DNA of 64,000 nucleotides from Nymphon striatum (taxonomy: Eukaryota): contig JABFOP010000357.1 of NCBI GenBank assembly GCA_016618385.1, positions 415,545-479,544 of the forward strand, written 5' to 3'. This document shows positions 60,963-64,000 of this stretch, in pieces. The translations under genes and the position numbers were made by a program. The notes beneath the pieces were generated by a model that was given only the letters and a program-made list of their open reading frames with translations, was not told the origin of the DNA and ran no database searches. The stretch's first letter is position 1, and each line of letters opens with the position of its first letter.

Positions 60963-62374
60963 CTAAAAAAGATAGAAAAATATGTTATCTCTTGAGGAAA
61001 AAAAAAGTGATCCATAAAAAGTATTCTATTTAATATCCAAAATGTTGGTGATGTAAACATTTATGGTCACTCCGCTGTTTCCTATGTATGTTGTCTTTAA
61101 ATTCATCAAATGTGTATACTCTGCCTTCATGTTCCTGACGACTCCTGCAGGCTAAGTTATAACCCTTATTTTCAAGCAGTAAAGCTACTACTCTGTATGT
61201 TCATTACTTCGATGGTCATGAAATGTCTCAGGTAATGGATACAGAAACAAGTTCCACTGTAGCAGAACATACTGCAACAAGCTCAGAAGTGAATGACCCG
61301 AGGCCATTAATATTATTTCTTCTCCCTCCTTTTACATCCACCAGCATTTTCGTCGGATGTCATAACAACCAATAAAATCACCACACCTACGTTGCTTCAA
61401 CACTTTCGTCCGATGTCACAACGACCCAGCGGAAACGTCACTTCCGTTTGCCTCAAGATGTGACACCTCGACCATCTGTCAAATGTTCAAGTGGTTTGAT
61501 ATAAACCAATCCAAGAGGTTTGAAGCAAATCAGCCAATGAGATAGAACTCTCATTTCAATCCCAAATCCTCTTTCCCAGACTATATAAACTTTGTATAAT
61601 TTGTAAATAAAATCATCTGATCTTTAAATCTATAACTTGTAGATCACTCTCTACACTATCTAGCACTTTGCCAGGGCATCTGACGTCAGCATCTACCATC
61701 GTCGGCAGCGATCTAAGAAGCTACCATGCAACTGCTTCACCACAATCAATCATTTAATTAATCACTTATAATTAAAATATTTGTCTTGAAGAGTGTTGAT
61801 ATTTGGATTATCTCTGTTAATTTTCCATCCATATTATCACTGGAAGGAGTTTTTTATAGCATAAAAACAAAGACATACTATTTAAATGATGTGAATAGGA
61901 TTTGTGCAAATATTTTCAAAATAACTATTTCGATTAAAATCCAACATCCACTATTTCAAGATTTTAAAAAATAAATTCCATCACTTTTGAAACTTCCTAA
62001 AATTAATTCATCTGAGTAATATGAACACTCAGTTCTTGGAGGGGGAGTACTGCGATGACTCTCTTTACCTCAAGTAACGTGTTTCGTCAAAACCTAAAGT
62101 ATTACTAGTTTTTTTCCTTCTATGCTTCCCTCAGTCATAACGTTATACATTATGGCTATACTTCATAACATTAAGAAAGACAACTTTTACACACCTTGTT
62201 ATTTTCATTTGTTTTACATAATATACTTGGATTGAATCGCTGAAAAATAATTTGAAAAAGGAATAATGAATTAAAAAAAACCATATAAAAATAATTACAA
62301 ATACATAGGCAAATATATTAGTGTAAAAGTTCTATTCATAAAAGAAAAAAATTGATTGAAAACTTTATACAAGT

Positions 62375-62666
62375 CAGGGCTCGAAATTAACAGTTGTCCG
62401 CTTGTCCCGGACAAGTCAAAATTGAGAAGGACAACCAACCTCTGTCACTGCAGTTGTCCAGGGGCAAGTGCTCAAATATTGTGTTATTCTCGTAATAAGT
62501 TACACAAATTCGTAAATTAGGTGAACTGGTCAATTTAAGCAACCCTTTGAGAGTGCTCAGGAATCTTAACAAATCTTGGGGCAAGCAATTTTATTTTGGG
62601 ACAACTAAATTATTATAGGTGCTTGTCCCTGGGACAACCACCTCTAAAATTTAATTTCGAGCCCTG
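62375..62666. mobile_element. MITE of about 290 bp with TIR CAGGGCTCGAAATTAA, related to the 49459 element, and a 5-bp TSD CAAGT. It lies in a HIRA intron.
   Basis: TIRs and TSD are read directly. Confidence 0.75.
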
Positions 62667-63837
62667 CAAGTGACATTAGGGGCTTAAAATTTCAATAAAC
62701 AGAATCAAGTTAAGAGTTTATTATTTGGTTTCTTCTTGTTTCAAAATGCATCATGTATATGTAGAAGTCATGTGTGAGAAAATTCAAATTCTCATGGTTT
62801 ACATCATTGGTAAACCATTGGTAAACCAATGACCTTCCATATGACCAATATGCTAATGTATTTTGGTGTAAATAGTAAATCAACTGAAGTCAAAATATGC
62901 AGCCTATAACAGCAGATTCAAGAAGCTGGTCTTTCAGCTGAACAGTTACCAAACCGTTTATCCAGCAAGCTTGGGAGCAGAGGTGTTCCAATTTTCGAGA
63001 TTTGCCAGATTTCTGGATGCAGGCTATTTTTATACATGAAATATATTATGCTGAAAAGCTGAAAGGCAGAAGGGGAAAAGATAGAAGAAGATATATTATA
63101 AAAGAACTTGGATGTTGTGGAGTAGGTATTTCTGAAAAATATCATGCTCAAAACCTTCAAGTTAGGACGTCAAAAAATAAATAAATAAGAAAAGATAGTG
63201 AACATTCCATTATGAACGTCATGGTGGTAAACAGCTGTTCGGCTGAGATGGAAAGTGTTCTCTACACACAAGAGGTGTATTTGTTGGCCTTTTTAGGCAC
63301 TGTAATAAATGAAAACGAGGTTAAATTGAGACGAATAATCATTCTGTTTGAGAAAATCGGTTGCAGACATCTACAAACTTTGAACTTTAGAAATAAGATA
63401 CAAATTTTTCGGATGAAAATCGCCTGTTATTTTGTAAATAGAGATGACCATGTAAACAAAATATTTTTTTTTTATGCAAAATCCTCATCGTTGGGACTTA
63501 TTTATTTGTCAGTTCAGTTTTAGTAATAGCATTTACAAACTATTGACACAGGTGGCGCTTTTACTCCACAGCACCGTCCATAATTTTTTTCCCATAGAGT
63601 TAACCTTATCTAGTTTTTATTTTATTTTCTATTATTTTTAATAATAAGCGATTCAAAGAATATAAAATAAAAACTCATAAGGTTAACTCTATGAGGAAAA
63701 AAATTATGGACGAGGCAATAGCGCTACCATCGGATTAGTACCGCCGATACCCCATTCAACACACATAAATGATCAGTTTAAAAAAAAATTTTCAAAAATC
63801 TCAAGAGAAATAAATAAATTAATAAATCTGAACATAC

Positions 63838-64000
63838 AACACATGTGACTGCTTTTCTGTGCCCAACAAAATCCTTTTTGGTCTGCCAACCATCTCTTTC
63901 AATTATACGAGCAGTTGGTCCAGAATTATTCATTGCATGAGCAGATACAAGAAACTGGCCATCGGGAGACCATGATAACCTCAAGACATGAGTTGTACCA
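63838..64000 (-). CDS. HIRA: HIRA exon, partial, continuing beyond the window (..GTTHVLRLSWSPDGQFLVSAHAMNNSGPTARIIERDGWQTKKDFVGHRKAVTCV)
   Basis: It matches HIRA GGTTHVLRLSWSPDGHYLVSAHAMNNSGPTAQIIEREGWKTNMDFVGHRKAVTVV. The minus-strand donor is gtatgt. Confidence 0.85.

Noticed and set aside
61000-61120. Candidate missing HIRA exon (minus-strand translation ..VTINVYITNILDIK)
   Set aside because: It has a stop codon before any donor, and its similarity to VVKFNPKIFKKK is weak.
1-64000. CRISPR arrays, operons or prokaryotic defence systems
   Set aside because: The sequence is clearly eukaryotic, with spliced multi-exon genes and a MITE, LINE and SINE landscape. All repeats have TIR or TSD architecture rather than a repeat-spacer pattern.

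Overview
This window is eukaryotic genomic DNA, AT-rich and intron-rich, with spliceosomal GT..AG introns, most likely from an invertebrate metazoan. It contains three recognisable protein-coding genes, which I identified by splicing exons by hand against protein families I know. (1) A complete phosphorylase kinase gamma (PHKG-type Ser/Thr kinase) gene on the + strand has 13 coding exons spanning 3462..16203 and encodes about 392 aa. (2) A hexosaminidase D (HEXDC-like, GH20) gene on the + strand spans 39407..42517. Its first exon and its last about 245 codons are intact, but the middle shows four successive +1 frame changes within about 300 bp. (3) The 3' two thirds of a HIRA (histone cell-cycle regulator, WD40) gene lie on the - strand. 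Its stop codon is at 47987..47989, at least 15 exons are resolved up to the window edge at 64000, and the gene continues beyond the window. It is convergent with HEXDC. Everything else is interspersed repeat: at least 12 MITE or foldback families, several with clear TIRs and TSDs (TTAA piggyBac-like, 8-bp hAT-like, and several 5-bp CAGGGC-type). There are also RTE-type LINE 3' fragments, a retroelement integrase fragment, tRNA-derived SINE pieces, a roughly 125-bp tandem array and minisatellites, with several nested insertions. There are no prokaryotic-style systems such as CRISPR or operons. I found no discrete novel system. The observations that most deserve follow-up are the HEXDC frame-change cluster, a large inverted-repeat structure around an integrase fragment, and the TE nesting patterns. 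All similarity statements are from memory of protein families, not database searches.
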